Source: an uncultured Methanosarcinales archaeon
Lineage (GTDB): Archaea; Nanobdellota; Nanobdellia; Woesearchaeales; GW2011-AR4
NCBI GenBank assembly: GCA_964469645.1
Contig: CAYXZV010000003.1
Span: 8,538-72,537, forward strand
Reading direction: 5' to 3'
Length of the DNA stretch: 64,000 bases
Positions 37,535-47,319 of the stretch are shown one piece after another. Under the pieces are notes generated by a model. The model was not told the DNA's origin, made no database searches, and was given only the letters and a program-made list of their open reading frames with translations. Positions within the stretch are counted from its first letter, which is position 1. Every line of letters begins with the position of its first letter. The position numbers were made by a program, and so were the translations under genes.

Positions 37535-38914
37535 ATGAAGTTAAAAAATCATAAGATATTTCTATTAGTTTTCTTTGTATTTTTCATTGTAAAATTATTC
37601 TCTTTGTTTGTTGCTCATGACATATGGTGGGATTCTTCTGTATACATTGGAATGGGAAAGTATATCTATTCATTTAGCGAAGTGGGTTTATGGGAATCTT
37701 CCAGACCCTTGGTATGGCCTCTGATTTTAGGGTTTTTCTGGAAGATTGGAATAGATGTTATTTTCTTTGGGAAATTATCTATGATGTTATTCAGTTTAGG
37801 GGTATTATTCTTAACTTACCTTATTGCTCTTGATATTTTCAATAAAAAAGTTGCAATTATTTCTTCCTTATTCCTTGTTCTATCTTCTACATTCTTTCTT
37901 TTTGGAAATATCCTACATACAGAGATTCCTTCCACATTCTTTGCTTTGCTCGGGTTTTATTTATTCATGAAGAAAAAATATAATTTTTCGGGTTTGTTTT
38001 TAGGCATAGCTTTCATGACAAGATTTTTTCAGGTTTTTATATTTATTGCATTATCTTTGATATTATTTTATTTATTTATGAAGAAAAAAGTGCCTTACAA
38101 GGTATTGTTTTATTTCTCGTTGTTTTTTTTGATTCCAGTAGTTCCATACTTAATTTTAAATTATTTCCTGTATAATGATATCTTCTATCCATTTGTATTG
38201 CAAGCTTTCATGTCGAAGAATACTGGTTGGATATTTTTCCAGCCATTTTGGTTTTATTTTGTCAATCTTGTAAGAGAGAACATTTTGGTTTTATTCTCCG
38301 TTATAGGTTTATTATTCGTTTTCAAAAAACCAGATTTTAGAAAAACGTCTATTACTGTTGCATTCTTATTCATTTTTGTCCCATATACTTTAGTTGCTCA
38401 TAAAGAGATGAGATTACTGGTTCCTGCATTGCCTTTCTTGTACATTTTAACGAGTTATGGAATGCTTTATTTCATTAATTTATTTAAAAAGAATGGGACA
38501 TTGATTTTATCTTTATTGTTGTTTAGTTTTCTGATTCTTAGTACACCAAACATAAAATTCAACACATACGAAGATAGCCTAGATCAATTCTATGATTATA
38601 TCGGGACTGAAAAAATAGATGATGAGCTTTGGATATCAAATCCAGCATTTATTACATTTTCCAACGAGAGAGCAGATAAGTTAATATATTTTCCTCTTTA
38701 TAATTCAGAAAAGGTTGATGAATTGATTCTCAATATTGATGATGCAAAACATATTTTAATCAATACTTGTGATTTATTGCCTTGTCCCCCTTCAGATACT
38801 GCTTGCAATCAAAAACATGATGATTTCATTGATTTGCTTAAAGAAAATTTTAAGCTGAGGTTATATGACGGGCACGGTTCTTGTGAATATTACATCTTTA
38901 CTTCAGAGAATTAG
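37535..38914 (+). CDS. GT-C-fold membrane glycosyltransferase (ArnT/PMT-like)
   Basis: 459 aa with about 11 TM segments, an acidic first loop AHDIWWDSSVY, and a short C-terminal soluble domain. Confidence 0.45.
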   Translation: MKLKNHKIFLLVFFVFFIVKLFSLFVAHDIWWDSSVYIGMGKYIYSFSEVGLWESSRPLVWPLILGFFWKIGIDVIFFGKLSMMLFSLGVLFLTYLIALDIFNKKVAIISSLFLVLSSTFFLFGNILHTEIPSTFFALLGFYLFMKKKYNFSGLFLGIAFMTRFFQVFIFIALSLILFYLFMKKKVPYKVLFYFSLFFLIPVVPYLILNYFLYNDIFYPFVLQAFMSKNTGWIFFQPFWFYFVNLVRENILVLFSVIGLLFVFKKPDFRKTSITVAFLFIFVPYTLVAHKEMRLLVPALPFLYILTSYGMLYFINLFKKNGTLILSLLLFSFLILSTPNIKFNTYEDSLDQFYDYIGTEKIDDELWISNPAFITFSNERADKLIYFPLYNSEKVDELILNIDDAKHILINTCDLLPCPPSDTACNQKHDDFIDLLKENFKLRLYDGHGSCEYYIFTSEN

Positions 38915-38950
38915 AAAAAGATTAATAATCAATCATATTACCACAAAAAT

Positions 38951-39664
38951 ATGGAAAAAATACCAACTGGCAGCAGGATTCTGGACAAATTACTGGATGG
39001 CGGCTATGAGAGAGATGTGATTACAACCATTTATGGTCCTGCCGGTGCTGGAAAGACAAATTTGTGCCTCTTATGTGCTACAAATACTGCCAGAAATAGA
39101 AAAAAAGTTGTTTACATTGATACAGAAAATAATTTTTCTATTGAACGGTTCAAGCAGATATGTGAATCTATAAGCCAAAATTATGCAAAGCTTCTGAATA
39201 ACATTGTCTTCTTAAGGCCTGCAACCTTTGATGAGCAGAAAAAAACTTTTGAGAAGCTGAAAGATATTGTAAACAACAAAGTCGGTTTGATTGTATTTGA
39301 TTCTGTTGCAATGCTTTACCGCTTAGAGTTAGGGAAAAATGAGGATGTCTATGAAGTAAACAGGGCTTTAGGTGCTCAGCTTGCTTATCTGAAAGAGATA
39401 GCTTCCAAAAAACACATTCCGGTCTTAATCACGAACCAGGTTTATGCAGATTTCGAAGACAAAGACAAGATAAATATTGTAGGTGGAGACTTATTGAAAT
39501 ACGGCAGCAAATGCCTTTTAGAGCTACAAACAACCCCTTCCGGAAACCGTAGAGTAATAATAAAGAAGCACCGACATTTACCGGCAGAAAAAGAAATAAC
39601 CTTTAAAATAGTAGAAGGAGGCATTCTAGGGACGAAAGAAGGTCGTGGTTTCAAATTGTTCTGA
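38951..39664 (+). CDS. radB: DNA repair and recombination protein RadB
   Basis: TGSRILDKLLDGGYERDVITTIYGPAGAGKTNLCL (Walker A). The ~237-aa length is typical of the short archaeal RadA paralog RadB. Confidence 0.8.
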   Translation: MEKIPTGSRILDKLLDGGYERDVITTIYGPAGAGKTNLCLLCATNTARNRKKVVYIDTENNFSIERFKQICESISQNYAKLLNNIVFLRPATFDEQKKTFEKLKDIVNNKVGLIVFDSVAMLYRLELGKNEDVYEVNRALGAQLAYLKEIASKKHIPVLITNQVYADFEDKDKINIVGGDLLKYGSKCLLELQTTPSGNRRVIIKKHRHLPAEKEITFKIVEGGILGTKEGRGFKLF

Positions 39665-39681
39665 AAAACTCCATTTTCCAT

Positions 39682-39693
39682 AACCTTTTTAAA
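39682..39693 (+). promoter_or_regulatory. BRE/TATA box AACCTTTTTAAA upstream of the carboxyltransferase gene
   Basis: Recurrent motif; ATG at 39737. Confidence 0.4.
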
Positions 39694-39736
39694 GCGATAT
39701 AGCTAACTTCTTAGTCGTTAAGGGTGGTTAAATAAC

Positions 39737-41236
39737 ATGGGAAATAACTCACAGTTAGATAAAGAAGCAATCAAAAAACAGCATCAAAAAGGCAAATTAA
39801 CAGCCAGAGAACGTATAGAAGCACTGTTAGATAAGAATTCTTTTACAGAGATAAATGCAGATATGGAGCTTACAAGCACAAACTACGATTTACAAGATAA
39901 AAAACAGCCTGGAGATGGGGTAATTACCGGCTATGGTAAGATAAACGAAAAACCAGTCTGCATTTATGCCCAGGATTTCATGTTCATGGGCGGCTCTATG
40001 GGAGAAATCCATAACAAAAAGATAGCCTTAATACAGGAGCATGCACTAGAGATAGGAGTTCCGATCATTGGTTTATTCGACTCAGGAGGAGCAAGGATCC
40101 AGGAGGGCATTAGCTCTTTAGATATTGGTGGAAAGATATTCAAGAACAATACTCTAGCTTCAGGAGTAATACCTCAGATCTCAGTCATCCTGGGACCATG
40201 CGCAGGCATTGCAGTATACAGCCCAGCTTTAACAGATTTCATCTTCATGACAAAGAAGATAAGCTACATGTTCATAACTGGCCCTGATGTAATAAAGACC
40301 ATAACCGGAGAAAAGATTGATTTTGAAGGTCTGGGAGGTTCAACAGCACATAATGAAAAGAGTGGAGTAGCAACTTTCATAACAGAGAACGAAAAGGAAT
40401 GTTTTGAAACAATTAAACTTCTATTAAGCTACTTGCCACAAAACAATATGGAAAATCCTCCGGTAATAAATACAAGCGACAGCAAAGAAAGATCAAACAC
40501 AAAACTAAAGGACATAATACCAAAAGACAGAAAGAAATCTTATGATGCAAAGCAGGTAATAGAAGAAATAGTAGACAAAAGCACTTTCTTAGAGGTACAG
40601 CCTTTATACGCGCAAAATGCAGTAGTAGGATTAGCAAGATTAAACAACCAATCTGTAGGAATAGTCGCTAACCAAACAAAAGTATTGGCTGGCTGCTTAG
40701 ATATTAACAGCTCAGACAAAATAGCAAGGTTTGTACGTTTTTGCGACGCTTTCAATATCCCAATAATAAATTTAGTAGACGTTACAGGATACTTACCAGG
40801 TGTCAACCAGGAGCATAATGGAATAATAAGGCACGGTGCAAAGGTTCTTTACGCTTACTCTGAAGCAACAGTGCCAAAAATAAGTTTAGTGATGAGAAAA
40901 GCTTACGGTGGAGCATATATTGCCCTAGTAAGCAAAGATATGGGCTTTGACAAGGTTATAGCATGGCCGGATGCAGAAATAGCTGTGATGGGCCCTGAAC
41001 AAGCAGTAGATATTATCCACAGGAAAGAACTAAAAGCAAATAGCAAAATAAAAAACCAAAAAGTAAAGGAATACACAGAAAAATTCCTTAATCCGCATGA
41101 AGCTGCAAAGCACGGCAAAGTAGACATAATAACAGAAAAAAAGGACACGAGGAAAACATTAATCAATTGCTTGGAAATGCTAATTACAAAGAGGGAAAGA
41201 AGACCGGCAAAAAAGCACGGAAACATCCCTTTGTAA
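39737..41236 (+). CDS. Acyl-CoA carboxylase carboxyltransferase subunit (PccB/AccD-like)
   Basis: LTARERIEALLDKNSFTEI...GYGKINEKPVCIYAQDFMFMGGSMGE...GGARIQEG is the hallmark of biotin-dependent carboxyltransferases. 499 aa. Confidence 0.8.
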   Translation: MGNNSQLDKEAIKKQHQKGKLTARERIEALLDKNSFTEINADMELTSTNYDLQDKKQPGDGVITGYGKINEKPVCIYAQDFMFMGGSMGEIHNKKIALIQEHALEIGVPIIGLFDSGGARIQEGISSLDIGGKIFKNNTLASGVIPQISVILGPCAGIAVYSPALTDFIFMTKKISYMFITGPDVIKTITGEKIDFEGLGGSTAHNEKSGVATFITENEKECFETIKLLLSYLPQNNMENPPVINTSDSKERSNTKLKDIIPKDRKKSYDAKQVIEEIVDKSTFLEVQPLYAQNAVVGLARLNNQSVGIVANQTKVLAGCLDINSSDKIARFVRFCDAFNIPIINLVDVTGYLPGVNQEHNGIIRHGAKVLYAYSEATVPKISLVMRKAYGGAYIALVSKDMGFDKVIAWPDAEIAVMGPEQAVDIIHRKELKANSKIKNQKVKEYTEKFLNPHEAAKHGKVDIITEKKDTRKTLINCLEMLITKRERRPAKKHGNIPL

Positions 41237-41237
41237 A

Positions 41238-41627
41238 ATGGAAGATATTACAATTAAGGTAGACGGCAAGGACTATGATGTCAAGGTTGAAGAAACAGAT
41301 GATGGAAAAATATTAGTCCATTGCAACGGAGATGTCTACGAAGTTGAGTCGACGCAAGACAAAGAAGCATCCATCTTCAACAGGGTAAAAAAAGAGAAAA
41401 TAGAAGACTCCGGAAAGTCAGTCATAACAGCGCCATTGCCAGGAACAATCTACGAAATCAAAGTAAAAAAAGGAGATAAGGTACAACAAGGCCAATCATT
41501 GATAAAATTAATAGCAATGAAGATGGAAAACGATATAACGGCGAAAAAGGCAGGGATAGTAAAAGAAATAAAAACAAAAAAAGATGAAAGTGTAAGTAAA
41601 GATGATATATTGATAATAATTGAATAA
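41238..41627 (+). CDS. Biotin carboxyl carrier protein
   Basis: C-terminal biotinyl domain with AMKM (IAMKMENDI). 129 aa. Confidence 0.75.
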   Translation: MEDITIKVDGKDYDVKVEETDDGKILVHCNGDVYEVESTQDKEASIFNRVKKEKIEDSGKSVITAPLPGTIYEIKVKKGDKVQQGQSLIKLIAMKMENDITAKKAGIVKEIKTKKDESVSKDDILIIIE

Positions 41628-41645
41628 GACCAAGGGGGAGATTAA

Positions 41646-42233
41646 ATGGCAAAGAAAAAAACAATTAAATCAAAAACTGTGAGGGGGGAAACAGTACCAG
41701 GTTCAAACCTGAAACCATTGATTTTTGCAGCATTGTTTGCAGCATTAACTGCAGCAGTAGCACCGTTCAAGATACCATTAGGCTTTACACCGGTGCCAAT
41801 TACATTGCAGACATTAGTGGTCTTAATGTCCGGAGCGATGCTAGGCCCCTATTATGGTGCCTTATCAATGATTCTTTATGTAGTTGTAGGCGCTCTGGGA
41901 TTGCCTGTATTTGCCGGAGGAGGCTCAGGAATAGGAGCAGTACTAGGACCGACAGGAGGGTATCTGATAAGCTATTTCGTAGCAGCGTATGCAATAGGCA
42001 AGATATTGCAATTAAGAAAGCAGCCAAAATTCCTGGATTATGTGTTTGCCATGGTTATAGGGACAATAATAATCTACGTCCTGGGAGCAGGATGGGGCAT
42101 GGTCGTCACAGGTCTTGGAGTAGCAGCAATATTAGCTGGATGGGTATTACCATTCGTAATTGGAGACACAATAAAGCTATTGGCAGCAGCATACATAGCT
42201 AAAAATGTCGACATAAAGAAATATATGCGATGA
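41646..42233 (+). CDS. bioY: BioY biotin ECF-transporter S component
   Basis: 195 aa, 6 TM, with the BioY-like pattern AALTAAVAPFKIPLGFTPVPITLQTLVVLMSG. Confidence 0.75.
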   Translation: MAKKKTIKSKTVRGETVPGSNLKPLIFAALFAALTAAVAPFKIPLGFTPVPITLQTLVVLMSGAMLGPYYGALSMILYVVVGALGLPVFAGGGSGIGAVLGPTGGYLISYFVAAYAIGKILQLRKQPKFLDYVFAMVIGTIIIYVLGAGWGMVVTGLGVAAILAGWVLPFVIGDTIKLLAAAYIAKNVDIKKYMR

Positions 42234-42955
42234 CTCAAAAACTTTTTTTATTTGATATTTTTTCTTATAGCTGCATGAATTGCTTAAGGTCATTAGAGTA
42301 CATTAAACAAATAAATGACAAATACAAGAGATATGGCCTAAAAACAATCCTGATACACCCTCCCGAATGGGAGTTTGAGAAAGACAGCAGCAATATCCTA
42401 AAAGCAGCAAAAAAATACAAAATAAAGATTCCAATACTGATTGACAATAACAAAAAACTGGTCAAGAAGCTAAAAATAAATTTCTGGCCAACTCAGGTAT
42501 TGATAAACAACAACAAAACAGCATACAAACACGTTGGAGAAGGAAATTATAAGATATTAGAAAACAAAATAAGAGGTGTACTGGGAGATAAATCAAAAAG
42601 ATTATTTGAGAAAGAACCAAAATATACCAAATTCCAAACATTGTACACAGGTAAGAAGAAGCAAAGAAAAGGTAGTATTATCAAAAAAGGTAATTGGAAG
42701 CAAAACAATGAATCTTTGCAGGGAAAAGGATCATTGACAATAAAAACAAAAGGAAAGATAGTAAGTTTCGTAGCGAGATCATTAATTAATAAAACAGCAG
42801 ATATTAAGATTAGAATAAATAACAAATCAATTAAAAATTTAAAGATTAATGAACCAAGATTATATAAAATAATTGAATTAAAAAGCAATGAAGAAAAAAC
42901 ATTGAACCTAGAAACCAAACAAAAAATAACAGTTTATTCATTTGCGTTCCAATGA
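42230..42955 (+). CDS. Thioredoxin-like (TlpA/redoxin-type) protein
   Basis: FDIFSYSCMNCL (CxxC) and ...INFWPTQVLI (cis-Pro region) fit a redoxin fold, followed by a Lys-rich tail. It is inserted between bioY and the ECF ATPase with overlapping stops. Confidence 0.45.
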   Translation: MTQKLFLFDIFSYSCMNCLRSLEYIKQINDKYKRYGLKTILIHPPEWEFEKDSSNILKAAKKYKIKIPILIDNNKKLVKKLKINFWPTQVLINNNKTAYKHVGEGNYKILENKIRGVLGDKSKRLFEKEPKYTKFQTLYTGKKKQRKGSIIKKGNWKQNNESLQGKGSLTIKTKGKIVSFVARSLINKTADIKIRINNKSIKNLKINEPRLYKIIELKSNEEKTLNLETKQKITVYSFAFQ

Positions 42956-43650
42956 TCAAGATAAAAGACCTATATTTCAAGTATGAAGATGAATTAGTAC
43001 TTAATAATATAAATCTAAAACTAGAAGATTTAAGTTACACTGCAGTCATAGGGGCAAACGGTTCCGGAAAAACAACTTTAGCAAAACATCTTAATGCTCT
43101 GCTCCTGCCAACAAAAGGATCTGTAATTATAGACAACATAGATACAAAAAAAGACCAGTTCAATATAAGAAAAAACGTTGGTTTTGTGTTCCAGAATCCT
43201 GAAGATCAATTAGTTCATTCTATCGTCGAGGAAGACGTGGCATATGGGTTAGAAAATTTAGGCATGGAAACAAATTTAATGAAAAATAGGGTTAAAAATA
43301 TTCTAAAACTATTAAATATTGAATATTTGGCAAAAAAGAACGTAAACATGATTTCTGCAGGGCAAAAACAGCTTACAGCACTAGCTGGAGTCTTAGTGAT
43401 GGAACCAAAATATATTGTCTTTGACGAACCGACAACAACATTAGACAACAAAAACAAGAGAAACATCATGGATACAATAACTAAACTGAACAAAAAGAAC
43501 AAAATTGGGATTATTCTTGTTACAAATATCTTAGATGACATAAAATACGCTGAAAATGTTGTCGTTATGAGTAAAGGAAAGATAATTTTTAATGATAAAA
43601 GATCAAAACTGAATAAATTTATACTAAAAAAGGCTGGTTTGGATGTTTAA
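42952..43650 (+). CDS. ECF-transporter ATPase (EcfA/CbiO/BioM-like)
   Basis: Walker A GANGSGKTTLAK, ABC signature SAGQKQ, Walker B IVFDEPTTTLD. Confidence 0.8.
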   Translation: MIKIKDLYFKYEDELVLNNINLKLEDLSYTAVIGANGSGKTTLAKHLNALLLPTKGSVIIDNIDTKKDQFNIRKNVGFVFQNPEDQLVHSIVEEDVAYGLENLGMETNLMKNRVKNILKLLNIEYLAKKNVNMISAGQKQLTALAGVLVMEPKYIVFDEPTTTLDNKNKRNIMDTITKLNKKNKIGIILVTNILDDIKYAENVVVMSKGKIIFNDKRSKLNKFILKKAGLDV

Positions 43651-44368
43651 GAAGCTAACATTTGGGCAATATACTTACAAGAGCACAATAATGCATAGAT
43701 TAGACCCAAGAATAAAGATTATAGCAGTTGTTTTGTTGAGTGCACTTGCATTTTTGCTAGACTCATATTACAAGTTCGGTATTTTTTCTTTATTTATACT
43801 CTCATTAATACTTTTGTCAAAAATAAATTTCTCTGCTTTGATAAGAAATCTAAGGCCATTCTTCTTTATTTTTTTCTTTATACTGCTAATGTACATTTTC
43901 TTCTCAAGAAACGAAATAGACCAGGGAATAAGAACAATATGGAAATTCATATTATTCATTACAATAGCATCCATCCTGACGTTTACAACAACCATAAACA
44001 ACATGGTCACTGCAATTGAAAAACTCCTAAATCCGTTAAAAATAATAAACATTAATTCTAAAACTATTGCTTTACTAATAGCTTTAACAATAAGATTTAT
44101 ACCTTCATTATTCTTATATGCTGACAGGATAAGGGATGCGAGGCTGGCAAGGCTAGGAAACTTAAAGAAGCCAAAGCACATAAAACTCTTATTCCTGCCA
44201 TTGATGGATAAGGTATTCAAAACAGCTTCCAATCTAAGTGATGCAATGCTTGCAAGAAATTATTCAGAAAAAAGAGCAGCTTATTTTAATGTGATACATC
44301 TAAAGAATTATGATCATGTTTCTTTCGTTTTATTATTAATTTTCATAGTTTTTATTTGGATAGTATAA
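43643..44368 (+). CDS. ECF-transporter T component (EcfT/CbiQ/BioN-like)
   Basis: 241 aa polytopic protein with an ARLARLGN-type conserved loop (DRIRDARLARLGN). It overlaps the ATPase gene. Confidence 0.65.
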   Translation: MFKKLTFGQYTYKSTIMHRLDPRIKIIAVVLLSALAFLLDSYYKFGIFSLFILSLILLSKINFSALIRNLRPFFFIFFFILLMYIFFSRNEIDQGIRTIWKFILFITIASILTFTTTINNMVTAIEKLLNPLKIININSKTIALLIALTIRFIPSLFLYADRIRDARLARLGNLKKPKHIKLLFLPLMDKVFKTASNLSDAMLARNYSEKRAAYFNVIHLKNYDHVSFVLLLIFIVFIWIV

Positions 44369-44385
44369 GAAATAGTATACCTTAT

Positions 44386-44613
44386 CTATTGCCTGGCAGT
44401 CTTCTGGCCGAACAATATGCCCGTCAAGACATTCAAAGCCCATGCCTGCAGCACATTTATAGTGTAAATATCTCCAAAAACAAAGTTCCACAACAAAGCA
44501 ACTGGAAAAGCCAGAACCAAACCAACTATACCACTAATTAACACAACCAAGGCTATTGTATAAGCCATTTCCAGCATTCTTTTTAAGAATGGTACTTCGT
44601 CTAAAAATGTCAT
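44386..44613 (-). CDS. Small 2-TM membrane protein (hypothetical)
   Basis: 75 aa with two clear hydrophobic helices. It is the only plausible ORF in the intergenic gap. Confidence 0.3.
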   Translation of the reverse strand: MTFLDEVPFLKRMLEMAYTIALVVLISGIVGLVLAFPVALLWNFVFGDIYTINVLQAWALNVLTGILFGQKTARQ

Positions 44614-44708
44614 TTATATCTGTTCTTAGTAATATTATCCTCTTTTTAAACATTTTGATTAACAACCATTTCAATAATTTTAAATATAAACTGTATTTAA
44701 GCTAAACC

Positions 44709-45353
44709 ATGAAGCGAAAACATAGCCGAAGGATAATAAAAAAACGTTTCCAGGTTGCTATTTTCGGCTCTGCAAGGATAAAAAGAGGAGACTCAAGATA
44801 TAAGCTCATTTATACACTGGCAAAGATGTTGGCACAGGAAGGGATAGATATAGTAACAGGTGGAGGTCCAGGGTTAATGGATGCTGCCTCCAGAGGGCAT
44901 CACGCAGGAAGAAAAAACAAGAAAACATATAGTGTAGGCCTTACAATACACCTACCAAAAGAACAAAAAGAGAGCTATCATTTGGATGTCAAAAAAGATT
45001 TCAACAAATTCTCAAAAAGGCTGGATAAGTTCATAAACTTATCGGATGCAGTAATTGTTGCGCCAGGGGGCGTAGGAACGACCTTGGAAATGATGTATGT
45101 CTGGCAGCTGGTGCAGGTAAAACACTCTTGCGAAATACCCATTATCTTGTTCGGAAAGATGTGGGAAGGTTTTGTAGATTGGATCAAGAAAGGACCATTG
45201 AAAAATAAATTCCTGGACAAAAAAGAGTTAGAACTCCTATACCACACAAGGAACTGTTCTGAAGCGATGAAAGTAATAAATCTAGCATATAAGGAATACA
45301 AAAAAGGTAGAAAGAACATATGCCTAAACATTAAAAAGTACAAGGTCAAATGA
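44709..45353 (+). CDS. LOG-family (TIGR00730) nucleotide-binding protein
   Basis: VAIFGSARI...IVTGGGPGLMDAASRG...VIVAPGGVGTTLEM matches the LOG motifs. Confidence 0.8.
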   Translation: MKRKHSRRIIKKRFQVAIFGSARIKRGDSRYKLIYTLAKMLAQEGIDIVTGGGPGLMDAASRGHHAGRKNKKTYSVGLTIHLPKEQKESYHLDVKKDFNKFSKRLDKFINLSDAVIVAPGGVGTTLEMMYVWQLVQVKHSCEIPIILFGKMWEGFVDWIKKGPLKNKFLDKKELELLYHTRNCSEAMKVINLAYKEYKKGRKNICLNIKKYKVK

Positions 45354-45748
45354 AAAACACAACAGAGGTACGTGTTTATTATGCAGACACCGATCATGGC
45401 AGCGTAGTTTATTATGCAAACTACCTAAAGTGGTTCGAGATAGGGAGAACAGAAGTTTTGAGGAAATTGGGTTTTAATTATTCATATTATGAAAAGAAGA
45501 ATATCATTGCTCCAGTGGTAGAGGTAAAGTGCAATTACAATGAACCTGCAAAATACAATGATCTCATTATAATAAAGACAGCGGTGGAAAAGATAGGCAA
45601 CAGCAGTATTAAGTTCAGTTACAAAATAATAAGGAAGGAGGATAAAAAACTATTGGCAGAAGGATATACTATAAATGTTTTTGTTGACATGAAAACAAAA
45701 AAATCAACTAGCATACCTGAAGAGTTAAGGAAAGCATTAAAAAAATAA
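45350..45748 (+). CDS. YbgC/4HBT-family acyl-CoA thioesterase (hotdog fold)
   Basis: VRVYYADTDHGSVVYYANYLKWFEIGRTE has the catalytic Asp context of YbgC-like thioesterases. Confidence 0.7.
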   Translation: MKNTTEVRVYYADTDHGSVVYYANYLKWFEIGRTEVLRKLGFNYSYYEKKNIIAPVVEVKCNYNEPAKYNDLIIIKTAVEKIGNSSIKFSYKIIRKEDKKLLAEGYTINVFVDMKTKKSTSIPEELRKALKK

Positions 45749-46546
45749 TTAGGATTTTTCTAATTTGTAAATCACAACTTTTGCATCTGAATATACTTTT
45801 TCAAAACCCACTATTGGTTGTAACTTCAAAATTTTATACATAATTGATTTATTATTTACATAATAAATGTTTTCAACAATATCATATTCCACTCCGCTAA
45901 TGTTATAGATGATTCTGGATTTACCATACTCACTATTAGTTACCAATAAATATTGAGAATTGTAATTTTGCATTAGATTTATTGCTTTGATAGGATCGGT
46001 TGTAGTTAAAATTAATCCAACATTAATAATATCTTCATGGTTACTCAATTCCCCTGCTTCTTCGGTATTGAATTTTTTACCTGCATGAACACTTGCAACC
46101 GTAGTCAAAATATCTTGTGACGGATTATATGCAATCACATCTCTTTTTCCAATGCCTCTTACCATATGTCCATAATCCCACCATGTTGTAATTATTGCGT
46201 CCTTAGATGAATTTTCTTTTATCCAATCCATAGAACTTCTGAATTCTGGCATATATGCTCCGGTGAAGGTATAGTCGTCCCACACATATCTTACTTGGTT
46301 CTTATACCCATCTTCAGAAATTACCTTCGTCGTACTATCGACAGTTTCATTACCGCACCATATCTCAGCATACATTCTTTCTAATTGTATTGAATTCGAT
46401 TTTGGATTTTCTATTGCAACATCTTCAGCCCATGATTTAATCCATCTTTGACAAGCCTGCACTTCTTCTTTAGAGATAACCTCTTTTTGACACCCTACAT
46501 TAAAGATTATTAAAAACAGAATTAAAATTAGATATAAATCTTTCAT
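45749..46546 (-). CDS. Secreted/lipid-anchored protein with an STT3/AglB C-terminal (WWDYG) domain-like region
   Basis: Signal peptide with a lipobox-like LIIFNVGC. The internal ITTWWDYGHMVRGIGKRDVIAYNPS and ...ASVHAGKKFNTEEAGELSNHEDIINVGLIL parallel the STT3/AglB segments WWDYGYxI...R-x-hhh-D/N and ...[23 protein letters not shown]. Only 265 aa, with no TM core. Confidence 0.5.
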   Translation of the reverse strand: MKDLYLILILFLIIFNVGCQKEVISKEEVQACQRWIKSWAEDVAIENPKSNSIQLERMYAEIWCGNETVDSTTKVISEDGYKNQVRYVWDDYTFTGAYMPEFRSSMDWIKENSSKDAIITTWWDYGHMVRGIGKRDVIAYNPSQDILTTVASVHAGKKFNTEEAGELSNHEDIINVGLILTTTDPIKAINLMQNYNSQYLLVTNSEYGKSRIIYNISGVEYDIVENIYYVNNKSIMYKILKLQPIVGFEKVYSDAKVVIYKLEKS

Positions 46547-46590
46547 ACTAATTATTCAGTTTATCCAATATATAAACATTCCTATACAAA

Positions 46591-47319
46591 TTAAACCACA
46601 AATATGTCTCCTTCGACTATTTTCTTAAGTTTACCATTACTTAACTTTAGCATCAGATTACAATCACTATCTACATCAACAGCCTCCCCAACATAAGTTC
46701 CGGATAAAGTTTTAGCTCTTATTTTCCTCCCAAGAGTATGTGAATATTTCTTCCAGATTTTTATTATTTCAGTATATTTTTTATTAGTGTAATATTTATA
46801 CAATGAATTGAATTCTTTTATTATTGCTTTTGAAAGTTTTTTGATATCATAATTCTTATTGGTTTCTAATTTTAATGAAGTTGTTTTTTTGATGAGGTTT
46901 TTTCCAAATTTCTTTTGATTAACATTAACTCCAATTCCAATTAATGCATAATTATTATTTTTATTTGTAATTGTCTCTGTCAAAATGCCACAAACCTTTT
47001 TATCATCTATTAAAACGTCGTTTGGCCATTTTACCTGAGCATTTAATTTTGTGATTTTCTTTATTGTTTTGGCAACACTTACTGCAGCAATAAATGTAAG
47101 GTATCTCACATTATCCAAATCATCTTCTTTCAAAGCAATAGTCATGTACAATCCCCCCAATTCAGAACTCCATCCACGATTGAACTTCCCGCGGCCTTTT
47201 TTCTGCTTCTCTGCAACCACTACAATATTATATTTGCCCCCCTTAATTAGAATCTTAGCCTTGTCGTTAGTTGAAGAAAGGGTATTGAAATGATAGAATT
47301 CAAAAACATTATCATTCAT
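46591..47319 (-). CDS. birA: Biotin--[acetyl-CoA-carboxylase] ligase
   Basis: GRGKFNRGWSSELGGLYMTIAL is the BirA GRGRxGRxW-type biotin-binding loop. 242 aa with no N-terminal HTH. Confidence 0.75.
   Translation of the reverse strand: MNDNVFEFYHFNTLSSTNDKAKILIKGGKYNIVVVAEKQKKGRGKFNRGWSSELGGLYMTIALKEDDLDNVRYLTFIAAVSVAKTIKKITKLNAQVKWPNDVLIDDKKVCGILTETITNKNNNYALIGIGVNVNQKKFGKNLIKKTTSLKLETNKNYDIKKLSKAIIKEFNSLYKYYTNKKYTEIIKIWKKYSHTLGRKIRAKTLSGTYVGEAVDVDSDCNLMLKLSNGKLKKIVEGDIFVV

Noticed and set aside
42547-42918. 123-aa minus-strand ORF
   Set aside because: Antisense within the redoxin-like gene; the AT-rich Lys codons on the other strand give a spurious Phe/Leu-rich ORF.
45749-46546. Full-length AglB/STT3 oligosaccharyltransferase
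   Set aside because: It is only 265 aa and has a signal peptide with no multi-TM GT-C core, so it is reported as a stand-alone WWDYG-domain protein.
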